This document shows positions 1 through 9,633 of a DNA stretch of 64,000 nucleotides, piece after piece. The stretch is from a bacterium BMS3Abin01 (lineage in GTDB: Bacteria; Actinomycetota; Thermoleophilia; BMS3ABIN01). Both the position numbers and the translations under genes were made by a program. Location of the stretch: assembly GCA_002897715.1 (NCBI GenBank), contig BDUA01000009.1, positions 9,540-73,539 of the forward strand. The letters run 5' to 3'. The notes under the pieces were generated by a model that saw only the letters and a list, made by a program, of their open reading frames with translations, was not told the origin of the DNA and did no database searches. Position 1 is the first letter of the stretch, and every line of letters starts with the position of its first letter.

Positions 1-32
1 GTATATTCGATCTGACTCCCGGACTGGCGCTG

Positions 33-1661
33 GTGTTAAGCCTGGCTGCCATCCTGCTGTTCGTCCTGTTTATCACCCTTCCCTATTCCAATCAGGCTTT
101 TCACATAGACGACGCCGTATTCCTGGACTTCGCCGAAAAGAACCTGGAACAGCCGTTCAGCCAGCATGTGGATGATTACCATATGATGGGTGAGGATTTC
201 GGCGTATGGCGCGACACCCATCCGCCGGTCAATTCGCTCTACATAGCCCTGGTCATGTACCTGACCGGCGGCGATTCGGAACAGCCGCTGCATATCGCCT
301 ACATCATCTTCCCCCTGGTGGCGGGGATATCCATGTATTTTCTTGCCCGGCGCTTCACAGGCTATCCGCTGCCGGCCGCCCTCCTGCTGCTCGCCACCCC
401 GGTGGTGATGGTCATGTCGCATAACCTGATGGCTGATGTACCCATGATGGCTTTCTGGCTGGCGGCTACCGCTCTATATATATACGGGGTGGACAGGGAC
501 GACACCCTGTTGCTTGCCCTGTCCGCCGCCGCCGTCACGGTTGCGATATTCACCGGTTACCAGGCGCTGGCGTTGCTGGTATTGCTGCCGGCATATCCCT
601 TGTCCACCGGCAGGCTCTCCCGGAAGAATTCCCTGCCGTTCCTTCTGCCCGCCGTCGCCTTCGCGCTGTTCAGCTTGATCAACATTTCGCAGTACGGCGA
701 ACTGCCGCGCTTCTCACACGCGGGTGGTACCAGCTTGTCCGCGCAACATGTGCTGGACCGGACTCAGGGCATGCTGCTCCAGACAGGCGGCGTCTCCGTG
801 TTCCCCCTGATCATGATCGCGGTCTTCTCGTTCAACAGGTGGCGCGCCGTCCTGCTGGCCGCAGCCGTGACGGCCGCCACCGCCCTGGGTATCCATCATT
901 ACCGGTCCGATGACTTCACCGGTGCCGCCTCACTTGTCTACATAATCCTGCTGACGGCATCCCTGATGCTGCTGGCGATAGTGGTGTCGGAATCGACAAA
1001 GCAGCTGATAAAGGCGGTCCGGCACCGGACCGTGGATACTGATTTCCTGTTTCTGGCTTTGTGGTTCACGGTCATGCTGGCCGGCACGCTTATCCTGCTT
1101 CCTCACGCGACGGCCAAGTACATGCTGCCGTTCCTTGCCCCGGTGGTGCTGGTTGTCTTCAGGGAACTGGGGTCCCTCCCGGTCACCGCCGGCTGGAAAA
1201 AAACCGCCGCCGTCGCCGCCGTCGTCCTCACTTTCCTGGCCGGCACATCGATCTCCATCGCCGATTATCAGCTGGCCGGCAGCTACCGTGACTTCGCTGC
1301 GGATTTTTCCGGACGTTACCAGACCAGCGGCACCGTCTGGTTCATCGGTGAATGGGGGTTCAGGCACTACATGGAGGCTGAGGGCTACAAATACCTGTCG
1401 TCCGGCAACGAGGAGGTGGCAACCGGTGACATCATCGTGTCCCCCGGAGTCGCCGACTGGCCGCTGGCGGAGACCGTGTCTTCCCGCATGCAACCGGTAG
1501 AGACCATCGAGGCCCATAGCGGTTTCCCCGTACGGATCCTGGGGAGGCAGGCTGACGCCGGCTTTTACGGAACCTACTGGGGAACGATGCCGTTCGCCAT
1601 ATCACGGACTCCGGTGGAGATTTTCCAGGTGTTCGTGGTGGGTCCCCGCCCCGCTTCCTGA
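33..1661 (+). CDS. Polytopic membrane glycosyltransferase, GT-C fold (PMT_2/ArnT-like)
   Basis: 542 aa ORF with many hydrophobic helices. The first extracytoplasmic loop carries FHIDDAVF (acidic DD motif typical of GT-C enzymes), and there is a soluble C-terminal domain. The frame is open back to the window edge, so the 5-prime end may be partial. Confidence 0.55.
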   Translation: MLSLAAILLFVLFITLPYSNQAFHIDDAVFLDFAEKNLEQPFSQHVDDYHMMGEDFGVWRDTHPPVNSLYIALVMYLTGGDSEQPLHIAYIIFPLVAGISMYFLARRFTGYPLPAALLLLATPVVMVMSHNLMADVPMMAFWLAATALYIYGVDRDDTLLLALSAAAVTVAIFTGYQALALLVLLPAYPLSTGRLSRKNSLPFLLPAVAFALFSLINISQYGELPRFSHAGGTSLSAQHVLDRTQGMLLQTGGVSVFPLIMIAVFSFNRWRAVLLAAAVTAATALGIHHYRSDDFTGAASLVYIILLTASLMLLAIVVSESTKQLIKAVRHRTVDTDFLFLALWFTVMLAGTLILLPHATAKYMLPFLAPVVLVVFRELGSLPVTAGWKKTAAVAAVVLTFLAGTSISIADYQLAGSYRDFAADFSGRYQTSGTVWFIGEWGFRHYMEAEGYKYLSSGNEEVATGDIIVSPGVADWPLAETVSSRMQPVETIEAHSGFPVRILGRQADAGFYGTYWGTMPFAISRTPVEIFQVFVVGPRPAS

Positions 1662-1672
1662 GCGGGCAGGTG

Positions 1673-3244
1673 TCAGTTGAACATCATCCGGGCGCTCCGC
1701 AGATAGTTGCGGACCACGCCGATGGAAGTCATTTTCCGCAGGTGCCGGGCGATGATACCGGGTCTCATGTAGAAGCTGCGGTAGGCCAGCCTCGGAGCCC
1801 GGGTCAGCTTCTCGTTGGAAATGTGCTTATGCCGGTAAACCGGCTTGCCCATCACATCATATTCCCGCCAGTCCTCGGTCAACAGGAGCCCCTCCTGGCG
1901 GTACTTCTCAAACTCCTGCGTCCCCGGGAACGGGACCATCACGGCAAAACCGGCGCTGTCCAGTTCAAGCTGCTTTGAGAATTCCACCGTCTCCCTCAAG
2001 GTCTCTTCGGTCTCCTCGACGAAGCCGAACAGGAAATATCCATGGGCCGAAAGCCCGGCCTTCCTGGTATCGCTCACCGCCTGAATGACCCTTTCCTTGC
2101 TGACTTTCTTTATCTCCTTGAGAAGCTCGGCGTTTCCCACCTCGATTCCGTACTGGACCAGGCGGCATCCGGCGTTTTTCATGGCCTCCAGCATCTCCAG
2201 GTCTACTTCATTGGCGCGGCTGCTACAGGTCCAGCCCATATCCAGCCCGCGCTCGCTGATCAGTTCACACATCTCCATCAGGCGGCTGCGCTTGCAGACT
2301 ACCGAGGGGTCGCGGAAGGAGAAGGTCCTGACGCCGAATTCCTCATGCAGCCAGGTCAGCTCGTCCACGATGTTGACGGCGCTGCGCAACCGGTAGCGCT
2401 TTCCCTGTTGCCCTGTCACATCACAGAAACTGCAATCGTAGGGGCAGCCCCTGCCGCTGATCATGCAGGAGAAGTTGCCGCCGGTGCCCCAGACGGGGAA
2501 CGGATTATAAAGAGCGGGTTCCGGCAGCAGATCGTGAGCAGGGAACGGCACCTGATCCAGGGCCATATTCCTGACCCGCAGGGAAGTACTCTCTATCTCT
2601 CCATTGAGGCCTAAAACGATCCCGTCTACGCCGGAGAAACCGGTTTCACCTGCCGCCGCCTCACAGATCTCGACCATGGTATCCTCCCCCTCGCCCACCA
2701 CGGCGATGTCGACGCTCCGGTGGCTGGCTGATTCCCGGGGGAGAGCTGTCACATGGGGACCGCCGACCACGGTGACGATGTCCCGGTTCTGTGTTTTGAT
2801 GATGTCGGCCAGCGCTTCAACGTCAGGCCACTGGGGGGTGAGCGAGGAGATGCCCACGACATCGGGCTGTGACTCCGCTACCTTCCTGGCAATCATCTGC
2901 CCTGATAATCCCAGGGAGTAGGCATCGAGCATCTCTACCTGAAAGCCCTTGTCCCGGATAGCTGCGGCGATATAGGCGAGTCCCAGCGGCTGGGTTGAGA
3001 TCCAGGGTCGCCCGACCTTCTCTTTCCACAGACCCTCGGGAGGAGTGATCAGTAATACTTTTAAATCTCTTTTGCTTTTTGTTTTATCAGCTATTCTCAC
3101 TGCTGCAATATTCGTTAGGGCCGACGGCAAGGGGGCAACGATTGGAGGATATGACTGGATATGTACGAAGCGGCTGGATCCGTACCGGTTAACTGAAGTC
3201 CCCACACCCTGTTTGGTCAGACCGGAAAGCTTCCGGCGAACCAT
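1673..3244 (-). CDS. B12-binding-domain radical SAM protein (class B rSAM)
   Basis: The N-terminal KVLLITPP...GLAYIAA region looks like a cobalamin-binding Rossmann domain. It is followed by the CPYDCSFC (CxxxCxxC) radical SAM cluster motif. The start is uncertain: about 60 aa of AT-rich sequence precede the B12 domain. Confidence 0.85.
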   Translation of the reverse strand: MVRRKLSGLTKQGVGTSVNRYGSSRFVHIQSYPPIVAPLPSALTNIAAVRIADKTKSKRDLKVLLITPPEGLWKEKVGRPWISTQPLGLAYIAAAIRDKGFQVEMLDAYSLGLSGQMIARKVAESQPDVVGISSLTPQWPDVEALADIIKTQNRDIVTVVGGPHVTALPRESASHRSVDIAVVGEGEDTMVEICEAAAGETGFSGVDGIVLGLNGEIESTSLRVRNMALDQVPFPAHDLLPEPALYNPFPVWGTGGNFSCMISGRGCPYDCSFCDVTGQQGKRYRLRSAVNIVDELTWLHEEFGVRTFSFRDPSVVCKRSRLMEMCELISERGLDMGWTCSSRANEVDLEMLEAMKNAGCRLVQYGIEVGNAELLKEIKKVSKERVIQAVSDTRKAGLSAHGYFLFGFVEETEETLRETVEFSKQLELDSAGFAVMVPFPGTQEFEKYRQEGLLLTEDWREYDVMGKPVYRHKHISNEKLTRAPRLAYRSFYMRPGIIARHLRKMTSIGVVRNYLRSARMMFN

Positions 3245-3330
3245 GCTTAATCAGCTGTAATACTATTATTTTACTTGTGGTAATTCAACTTTGCAGTTTA
3301 TCGATAAATACTCCTTCCCGGGCCGGTGAT

Positions 3331-3969
3331 TCAGTCGCCCAGCAGCTTCCGGCATACCGCCAGGGTACTCTTTACGTCGACGGCGAAACCGTCCACACCG
3401 ACCTCGCGGGCGAACTCCGGCGAATGGGAAGCACCGCCGGAGATAACCTTGAGGTTGTCCCTCAGCCCCTCGTCCTCCAGGACCGCCAGTATTTCCAGCA
3501 GCGCCGGCCTGGTGGAGGTGGTAAACGCCGACAGCAGCAGCAGGTCCGCATCCACCTGCTTCACCTTGTCGATGAACTTGGCGGTGGACACGTTAACACC
3601 CAGGTCGTGTACCTCGTATCCCGCCGCCTTCAGCGCCGAGACGATGATATTCTTGCCGATGTTGTGGATATCTCCCTTGACCGTACCCATCACCACCACA
3701 CCACCCTGATCGTGCTGCCGCTCAAACAGATACGGCTCCAGCACCGCCAGCGACCGTTCCACCGCCTCGGCGCTGCGCAGCATCTCGGGGATGAAGTACT
3801 CCCCCGTCTCGTAGCGGCTGCCTACCTCTTCCATGGCCGCCGACAGGTGATCGGTTATCTGTTCGGCCGTGGCGTCACCCTCGGCGATGATCGCCGCCGA
3901 TAGCGCCACGCTGCCGTCTACATCACCTGCCACTATGGCCTGCTTGAATTGTTCCAGGGTCTGTGACAA
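3331..3969 (-). CDS. Corrinoid protein of a methyltransferase system (MtmC/MtbC/MtaC-like)
   Basis: 212 aa with an N-terminal helical cap and a B12-binding domain. It carries the GDIHNIG (DxHxxG) lower-ligand motif and GYEVHDLGVNV. Confidence 0.85.
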   Translation of the reverse strand: MSQTLEQFKQAIVAGDVDGSVALSAAIIAEGDATAEQITDHLSAAMEEVGSRYETGEYFIPEMLRSAEAVERSLAVLEPYLFERQHDQGGVVVMGTVKGDIHNIGKNIIVSALKAAGYEVHDLGVNVSTAKFIDKVKQVDADLLLLSAFTTSTRPALLEILAVLEDEGLRDNLKVISGGASHSPEFAREVGVDGFAVDVKSTLAVCRKLLGD

Positions 3970-4980
3970 TCAATACCTGCCGTATTTTCTTCCATATTCT
4001 ACCAGAGCCGCTACATTTTCTTCCGGAGCCGCCAGGGGGATGGAATCACCGGTGCTGAGGATGAAACGCCCCTCCGCGGCCGCGGCCTCTATGGCAACGC
4101 GAACCGCCTGTTCCACATCAGCAACACTCCCCTTTTCCATGACAGCCACGGCATCGATGTTTCCCTTAAGCACTATCCCCTCGCCTACAACCCGGCGCGC
4201 TCCGGCCAGATCCACCGGCGAATCCAGTTCCAGTACTGCCGCTCCCGTGCGCGCCATCTCCGCCAGGATAGGCATGCTGTTGCGGCAGATATGCAGGATC
4301 ACCGGCACCTCGCCGGCCAGCTCGCCGATGACCTCCGCCTCCGCCGGAAAGGCGAACCGGCGGTAGTGGTCCGGGGAGATCATGCTGGAGGAGGCGAAGG
4401 AGTCCTTGATCACCAGGGCATCCACGCCCGCTTCGATCAACGCCCGGCCCACCGCCAGCGTGGCCGGCTTCGTGGCTGCGATCAGCTCGTGGACGAACTC
4501 CGGGTCGCGGTAGAAATCGGTCATGAAGCCGACCAGCCCCCGCACGGTGGCGGCATACTCGAAGGGTGAACGCACCGAGCCCAGCACCGCGTGGCCGGCG
4601 CCGACGCTGTCCACCAGCCGCCGCACCGGCTCCATCTTGCGCTCGGACCAGGGGTCGGGCTCAGCCAGCTTCTCCAGGTCCCGGCGGTCCCGCACCACCG
4701 TATCCACCACCAGGGGGACATCGTTGCCCTCGACCTCCACGGGGCAACCCAGTACGTTGGGATGGGAGCCCAGCCCCATCTCTGCCAGGGTGCCGTCATA
4801 ACCGTAGCGCTCCAGCGCCCCCTCCAGAGCCGCCGCCAGGCAGCCGCCGTCCATAAAACATTCGTCGTTGGCGCGGCCGATGACCTGGGGCGCGTAGTAT
4901 CCGTCGATTACCGGGATTATGGGGACCGTGTCGGGAATGTCGCCTGCGAGCACCGCCTGGAAACGCTGTTTCGGCGTCAT
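3970..4980 (-). CDS. Uroporphyrinogen-decarboxylase-family methyltransferase (MtaA/CmuA-like corrinoid methyltransferase)
   Basis: URO-D family look (PKQRFQAVLAG...P.IP). Its stop abuts the corrinoid protein start. I prefer the ATG at 4980, which forms an ATGA overlap with the rsfS stop; the ORF track starts at 5013. Confidence 0.8.
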   Translation of the reverse strand: MTPKQRFQAVLAGDIPDTVPIIPVIDGYYAPQVIGRANDECFMDGGCLAAALEGALERYGYDGTLAEMGLGSHPNVLGCPVEVEGNDVPLVVDTVVRDRRDLEKLAEPDPWSERKMEPVRRLVDSVGAGHAVLGSVRSPFEYAATVRGLVGFMTDFYRDPEFVHELIAATKPATLAVGRALIEAGVDALVIKDSFASSSMISPDHYRRFAFPAEAEVIGELAGEVPVILHICRNSMPILAEMARTGAAVLELDSPVDLAGARRVVGEGIVLKGNIDAVAVMEKGSVADVEQAVRVAIEAAAAEGRFILSTGDSIPLAAPEENVAALVEYGRKYGRY

Positions 4981-5324
4981 GGGCTCACGTCCAGCACCGG
5001 AGCTTCCTTCCATAGTACCTCCAGCCGGTAGAAATCACGGGCCCGTGGCGTAAAGATGTGGACTATCACACTCAGATAGTCCATCAGTATCCACTCCCCT
5101 TCAGGCTCACCTTCCACCCGGAGAACGCTCACACCACCCTGCTTCAGCTGGAAGCGGATCTCATCGGCGACTGCCTTCGTCTGCCGCGGGGACCGCCCGG
5201 AGCAGATGAGAAAGAAGTCCGTGTAACTGCAGACCTCCCTCATGTCCAGGAGGGTGATGTCCGCTGCTTTCTTGCCGGCGGCGATGCCGGCGATGTCGCG
5301 GGCTAGCTTCTCGCTGTCAGTAAT
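4977..5324 (-). CDS. rsfS: Ribosomal silencing factor RsfS (iojap family)
   Basis: SYTDFFLICSGRSPRQTKAVADEI and DYLSVIVHIF match RsfS. The conserved N-terminal part (SEKLARDIAGIAAGKKAADITLLD) lies upstream of the first ATG (5243), in an open frame with no ATG/GTG/TTG. GAGAGG is followed by 6 nt and then ATT at 5324. Confidence 0.8.
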   Translation of the reverse strand: MTDSEKLARDIAGIAAGKKAADITLLDMREVCSYTDFFLICSGRSPRQTKAVADEIRFQLKQGGVSVLRVEGEPEGEWILMDYLSVIVHIFTPRARDFYRLEVLWKEAPVLDVSP

Positions 5325-5342
5325 GGAATACCTCTCATAGCT

Positions 5343-6425
5343 CTACTGCTCGCCGGCCGGGACCATGTCCCTGCCGATAATGACGATTATCCGCTGTTTG
5401 TCGAGGGACTCGTCCTTGATGATGGTCCCGGCCTCCAGGGTATCGTGGACCACCCTGCACTCCGCCAGGGCTTCGCTGCCACAGCGGATCTGCGTATGGT
5501 CGTAATTGACCTCGGACGGCGCCGGGTCCTGGGCAATATTATAGCGAAGCGGCGCCAGTTTGGCCGCTGCCGCCTCTACCAGGCCGGTGGTCTCGGTACC
5601 GTTCCTGATCTGGAGATCGAACAGAGCGCCGGCGCTGGACCCTTGCACCAGCGCCGCCACCTGGTCCGGGACCGGTTCGAAATACCAGTCCTCACCGCCC
5701 ACATAACGCACGGGAAGGGGCCACACGCCCGGCTGCCGGCCGGAACCCACCACGGAGGCGATCAGCGCCGCCAGCTCCCCGGGTCCCAGGTTGGAATCCA
5801 TCGTGCCTGCCAACTCCGCCGCCAGCGGATCCATCTCGTCTGCCGGCAGGGAGGCCAGCGCCTGTGACAGGCCCTGGAAGAACAACGCCTGGATGGTGGG
5901 TCCCGCCTGGGCGTCCGTTGCCGACGCTTTAAGCCAGGAGAGTGCCGTGTCCGGAGCCACCAGGTTATCGCCTGCGGTCAGGCTCACCTCGCCGCCAGCC
6001 GTCTCCAGAGGCTGATCCGCCTGGAAATTGATGGTCTCCGCCTTGCCCGCGGCCTTCTCCAGGGTCTGGTCGTTGAACACAGCATACCGCCCGATGGGGA
6101 TCTGCAGCAGCCCCGCCACCGTGTCCGCCAGCGACCCGGGGCCGCTGTCCGCCATGACGGTGTCCAGGCGCTGAAAACCTGCCGACTCGGTGGCGGCGAT
6201 GGTGCGAGCCGGGATGGTATAGATGCTGAAGCCGCCCTCATCCTCAGACACCAGCACCAACACCTGATTCAAGGCGCCGTCCGGGTCTACGCCGGCGAAC
6301 AGGAGAGCACCGCCCTCGTAGGCCTGGTAACCGGCGGCGACATCCTGCGCTCCACGCGAGCGCTCCAGCCAGAAGATGGTAGCGAAAGCGGTTATGGACA
6401 GGGCCAGGCCGGCGAAGATGATCAT
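5343..6425 (-). CDS. LytR-CpsA-Psr (LCP) family cell-envelope phosphotransferase with C-terminal LytR_C domain
   Basis: TM helix (MIIFAGLALSITAF), an LCP-like core and a C-terminal FDLQIRNGTETTGL...IIVIIGRD LytR_C-like domain. The track ORF extends to 6644 but would overlap nadD by more than 100 nt. The basic N-tail may still be real. Confidence 0.7.
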   Translation of the reverse strand: MIIFAGLALSITAFATIFWLERSRGAQDVAAGYQAYEGGALLFAGVDPDGALNQVLVLVSEDEGGFSIYTIPARTIAATESAGFQRLDTVMADSGPGSLADTVAGLLQIPIGRYAVFNDQTLEKAAGKAETINFQADQPLETAGGEVSLTAGDNLVAPDTALSWLKASATDAQAGPTIQALFFQGLSQALASLPADEMDPLAAELAGTMDSNLGPGELAALIASVVGSGRQPGVWPLPVRYVGGEDWYFEPVPDQVAALVQGSSAGALFDLQIRNGTETTGLVEAAAAKLAPLRYNIAQDPAPSEVNYDHTQIRCGSEALAECRVVHDTLEAGTIIKDESLDKQRIIVIIGRDMVPAGEQ

Positions 6426-6528
6426 CCGTGACAGCCTCTGCCGCCTGGCTTGGCGGTGCGCGGCCAGTCGGGAGGCCCGGCTGCCGCCGGTGCGCGAGAC
6501 GCCGGGGCCGCGGCCTGCGTGGTTATAT

Positions 6529-7140
6529 CTACGTCTGACGGTAAAGCCCTTCCTTGTCGATGAACTGCTCAACACCCACCGGCACCAGGTAGCGAATCGA
6601 CATCCGCCGCCGCACCCGCTCCCTGACCAGGCTGGAGGAAACACCGATAGCCGGGATCTCCATCACCTTCACCCGATCCTGCCGGGAGAACCTGCCGGTT
6701 ATCTCCGACAGACGGTCAAGCGGGTAGCCGGGCCGCGTTGCGGCGATGAGGTTCGCCATCCGCAGAAGCTCCTCCGGATCCTTCCAGCCAAGGATCTCCA
6801 GCACGGCGTCGGCGCCGGTTATGAAATAAAGCTCCACGCCGGCTTTCTCCTCCCGTAAATAGCGCACGGTGTCCACCGTGTAACACAACTGCTCCTTGTC
6901 CAGCTCATAACGGGATACCTGGAAGCGGGGATTGACCGCCGTAGCGATAACGGTCATGAGGTAGCGGGCCTCGGGGCTGGTTCCACCCTCTATCTCCTTG
7001 TGAGGGGGCAGGCCGGTGGGCATGAAGATGATCTCATCCAGCCCGTACTGGGAGCGGGCCTCCTCGGCGCAAACCAGATGACCGATATGGATGGGGTTGA
7101 AGGTGCCCCCCATGATTCCCAGTTTGGCTATTTTCACCAT
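6529..7140 (-). CDS. nadD: Nicotinate-nucleotide adenylyltransferase
   Basis: GIMGGTFNPIHIGHL (HxGH nucleotidyltransferase motif) and the ISSS-type C-terminal motif (GVSSSLVRE). Confidence 0.9.
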   Translation of the reverse strand: MVKIAKLGIMGGTFNPIHIGHLVCAEEARSQYGLDEIIFMPTGLPPHKEIEGGTSPEARYLMTVIATAVNPRFQVSRYELDKEQLCYTVDTVRYLREEKAGVELYFITGADAVLEILGWKDPEELLRMANLIAATRPGYPLDRLSEITGRFSRQDRVKVMEIPAIGVSSSLVRERVRRRMSIRYLVPVGVEQFIDKEGLYRQT

Positions 7141-7218
7141 GATTGCACCATGTTTACGGAATCAGGACTTATGAGGGCGCCCCGGTGCGCCGCCCCGGTG
7201 GCGGTGCCAGCTCTCCCC

Positions 7219-8478
7219 TCATGTGCGTATCTGGCCATCACCGCTTATCACATATTTTACCGAAGTCAGCTCTTTCAAACCCAATGGCCCGCGGGCGTGG
7301 AGTTTCTGCGTGCTGATGCCGATCTCCGCGCCCATGCCGAACTCGGTGCCATCGGTGAACCTGGTGGAGGCGTTGATGTATATGCAGGCGGCATCCACCC
7401 CGCTGCTGAACCTCCGAGAGTTTTTCAGGTCGTTGGTCACGATCGCCTCTGAATGGCCGGTGCCATAGCGGGCGATATGCTCGATGGCCTCGTCAATACC
7501 GTCAACCACCCTTACGGCCATCTCCAGGTCGAGGAACTCGGTGGCGTAATGCTCTTCAGTGGCATCCGCCACGCCCTCGGTCCCGGCGCCGACAATCTCC
7601 CGGGTGCGCGGACAGGCATAGATCCTGACGCCACGGAGAATCAGTTCCTTCACCACGCCGGGCAGGTAGTCCGGGGCGATGTCACGGTGAACCAGCAGCG
7701 TCTCGGCGGCATTACAGACACCCGGCCGCTGTACCTTGGCGTTTATGGCTATCTCCTCCGCCATCTTCCTGTCTGCCGACGCGTCGATATATACGTGGCA
7801 GTTACCTCCGGCAGCGTATATCACCGGGATGGTGGAGTTCTTCACCAGGAACTCCTTGAGGGCCTCACCGCCGCGGGGGATGATCAGGTCCACGTATTCA
7901 TTCATCTGCAGCAACTGCTTGAGCGGCGCCCGGTCCCGGGACTCCACCAGCGAGACCGCGTCCCGGGGCAACCCGGAATCGATGAGCGCCCCGACGACCA
8001 CCTCGGTGAGCTGGCGGATCGAACGCAGCGAGGCGCTGCCACCGCGCAGTATGACCGCGTTGCCGGTCTTGAGCCCCAGACCGGCGGCATCGATGGTCAC
8101 ATTGGGGCGGGCTTCGTAGATCACCGCTATCACGCCGAAGGGCACCCGCACCTTGTTTATCTGCAGGCCGTTGGGCAGGCGCCAGCCTTCCACCACCTCC
8201 CCCACCGGATCCGGCAGCGCCGCGATACTCTTCAAGCCGGCGGCCATGTCGCTGATACGGTCCTCGTCCAGCATCAGGCGATCCATCAGCGCGTCGGAAA
8301 GCTTGGCCTTCTTGCCATCCCTGATATCGTCACGGTTCTCGCGCAATATCTCCGGAGCGCGCCGCTCCAGGGCTGCAGCTATCTCCATCAGCGCCCGGTT
8401 CTTTTTAGCGGCAGGCAGCGTCGCCAGCTGGTGGGACGCCTCCCGGGCCTTGGCGCAAAGCTTCTCAATCTTTTTCAT
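7219..8478 (-). CDS. proA: Gamma-glutamyl phosphate reductase
   Basis: 419 aa aldehyde-dehydrogenase-fold protein with typical ProA blocks (NAAETLLVH, HSEAIVT). It overlaps the proB stop. Confidence 0.95.
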   Translation of the reverse strand: MKKIEKLCAKAREASHQLATLPAAKKNRALMEIAAALERRAPEILRENRDDIRDGKKAKLSDALMDRLMLDEDRISDMAAGLKSIAALPDPVGEVVEGWRLPNGLQINKVRVPFGVIAVIYEARPNVTIDAAGLGLKTGNAVILRGGSASLRSIRQLTEVVVGALIDSGLPRDAVSLVESRDRAPLKQLLQMNEYVDLIIPRGGEALKEFLVKNSTIPVIYAAGGNCHVYIDASADRKMAEEIAINAKVQRPGVCNAAETLLVHRDIAPDYLPGVVKELILRGVRIYACPRTREIVGAGTEGVADATEEHYATEFLDLEMAVRVVDGIDEAIEHIARYGTGHSEAIVTNDLKNSRRFSSGVDAACIYINASTRFTDGTEFGMGAEIGISTQKLHARGPLGLKELTSVKYVISGDGQIRT

Positions 8479-9622
8479 CGCTGTAGCTGTCCCTTCCTTC
8501 CCGTTGTTCCATCAGGACGAAATAATCCCGGTGGATGACCTCCTCCTTGCCACAGGGCATAAGCTTCATCACCTGCTGGCTCCGCATCCCCTTGATGCGC
8601 TTGAGTTCCTCGGATGAGTAGTTGGTCTTGCCCTTGCCTATCAGCCGGCGGACACCCTGCTGGTGAACGATATCAACGGCCTCGCCGGCGGCGAAATCGC
8701 CTTCCACACCCACGATGCCGGCGGGCAGCAAGCTCTTGCCACCCCGGGAGAGAGCCTTTGCCGCACCAGCGTCCACGCTGACGGTGCCGCGGCTGGGCAG
8801 CCCGTACTTGAGCCATAGTTTGAAGCTGCTGATGGTAGCCCTGGCCGGCGGGAACCGGGTGCCTACCTTCTCTCCAGCCATGACGGCGGCAATAACACCC
8901 GAGCGGGAGCCGTTGGCTATCACCACCTCGATATCAGCCGATGTCGCCATCTCGGCAGCCACTACCTTGCTTTTCATGCCGCCGGAACCCATGGCGCTGA
9001 CGGCGCCGCCGACCTCTATCTCCTCCAGCGCCGACCAGTCGCTGACCTCTTCGATCAACCTGGCGTGGGGATCGACTGAGGGGTCACTAGTATATAACCC
9101 CTCGGTGTCCGTCAGCAATATCAGCCGGTCCGCCTTCACCAGGATCGCCACCTGCGCCGCCAGGAAGTCGTTGTCACCGTAGCGGATCTCGTCCGTGGAG
9201 GTCGTATCGTTCTCATTGATGACGGGGATAACGCCCCATTCCATCAGCTTCAGCAGGGTGTTTCTGGCGTTGAGATACTGGCTGCGCCCGGCGATGTCGA
9301 AGGATGTGAGCAGGATCTGGGCGGTGATGATATCGTGACCGCGGAACAGTTGGTAATAGCGGTGGTACAGACGCCCCTGACCGATGGCGGAAGTAGCCTG
9401 CAGTTCGACGACGGTCTCATTTAATTTCCCGGCTTTGGGCAGCAGGCCCAGGCCCGAAGAGATGGCGCCGGAAGACACCAGCAGCACCCGGTGGCCCTGT
9501 TTCGCCAGAGCGGCCAGCGCCGAAACACGCTCGGCCATGACATCGTCACGTATGCGTCCCCGATTGTCGGTAAGGGTGTTACTACCGATCTTTACTACCA
9601 GGACAGATGGCTGTGATGCCGT
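8465..9622 (-). CDS. proB: Glutamate 5-kinase with PUA domain
   Basis: Amino-acid kinase fold plus C-terminal PUA. The conserved N-terminal VVKIGSNTLT lies upstream of the first ATG (9538). There is no ATG/GTG/TTG in frame back to the stop at 9716-9718. AAGGAG sits at 9634-9629, so the start is near-cognate (ACG 9622, or CTG 9628/9601); exact start uncertain. Confidence 0.88.
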   Translation of the reverse strand, partial: TASQPSVLVVKIGSNTLTDNRGRIRDDVMAERVSALAALAKQGHRVLLVSSGAISSGLGLLPKAGKLNETVVELQATSAIGQGRLYHRYYQLFRGHDIITAQILLTSFDIAGRSQYLNARNTLLKLMEWGVIPVINENDTTSTDEIRYGDNDFLAAQVAILVKADRLILLTDTEGLYTSDPSVDPHARLIEEVSDWSALEEIEVGGAVSAMGSGGMKSKVVAAEMATSADIEVVIANGSRSGVIAAVMAGEKVGTRFPPARATISSFKLWLKYGLPSRGTVSVDAGAAKALSRGGKSLLPAGIVGVEGDFAAGEAVDIVHQQGVRRLIGKGKTNYSSEELKRIKGMRSQQVMKLMPCGKEEVIHRDYFVLMEQREGRDSYSDEKD

Positions 9623-9633
9623 CTCCAGCTCCT

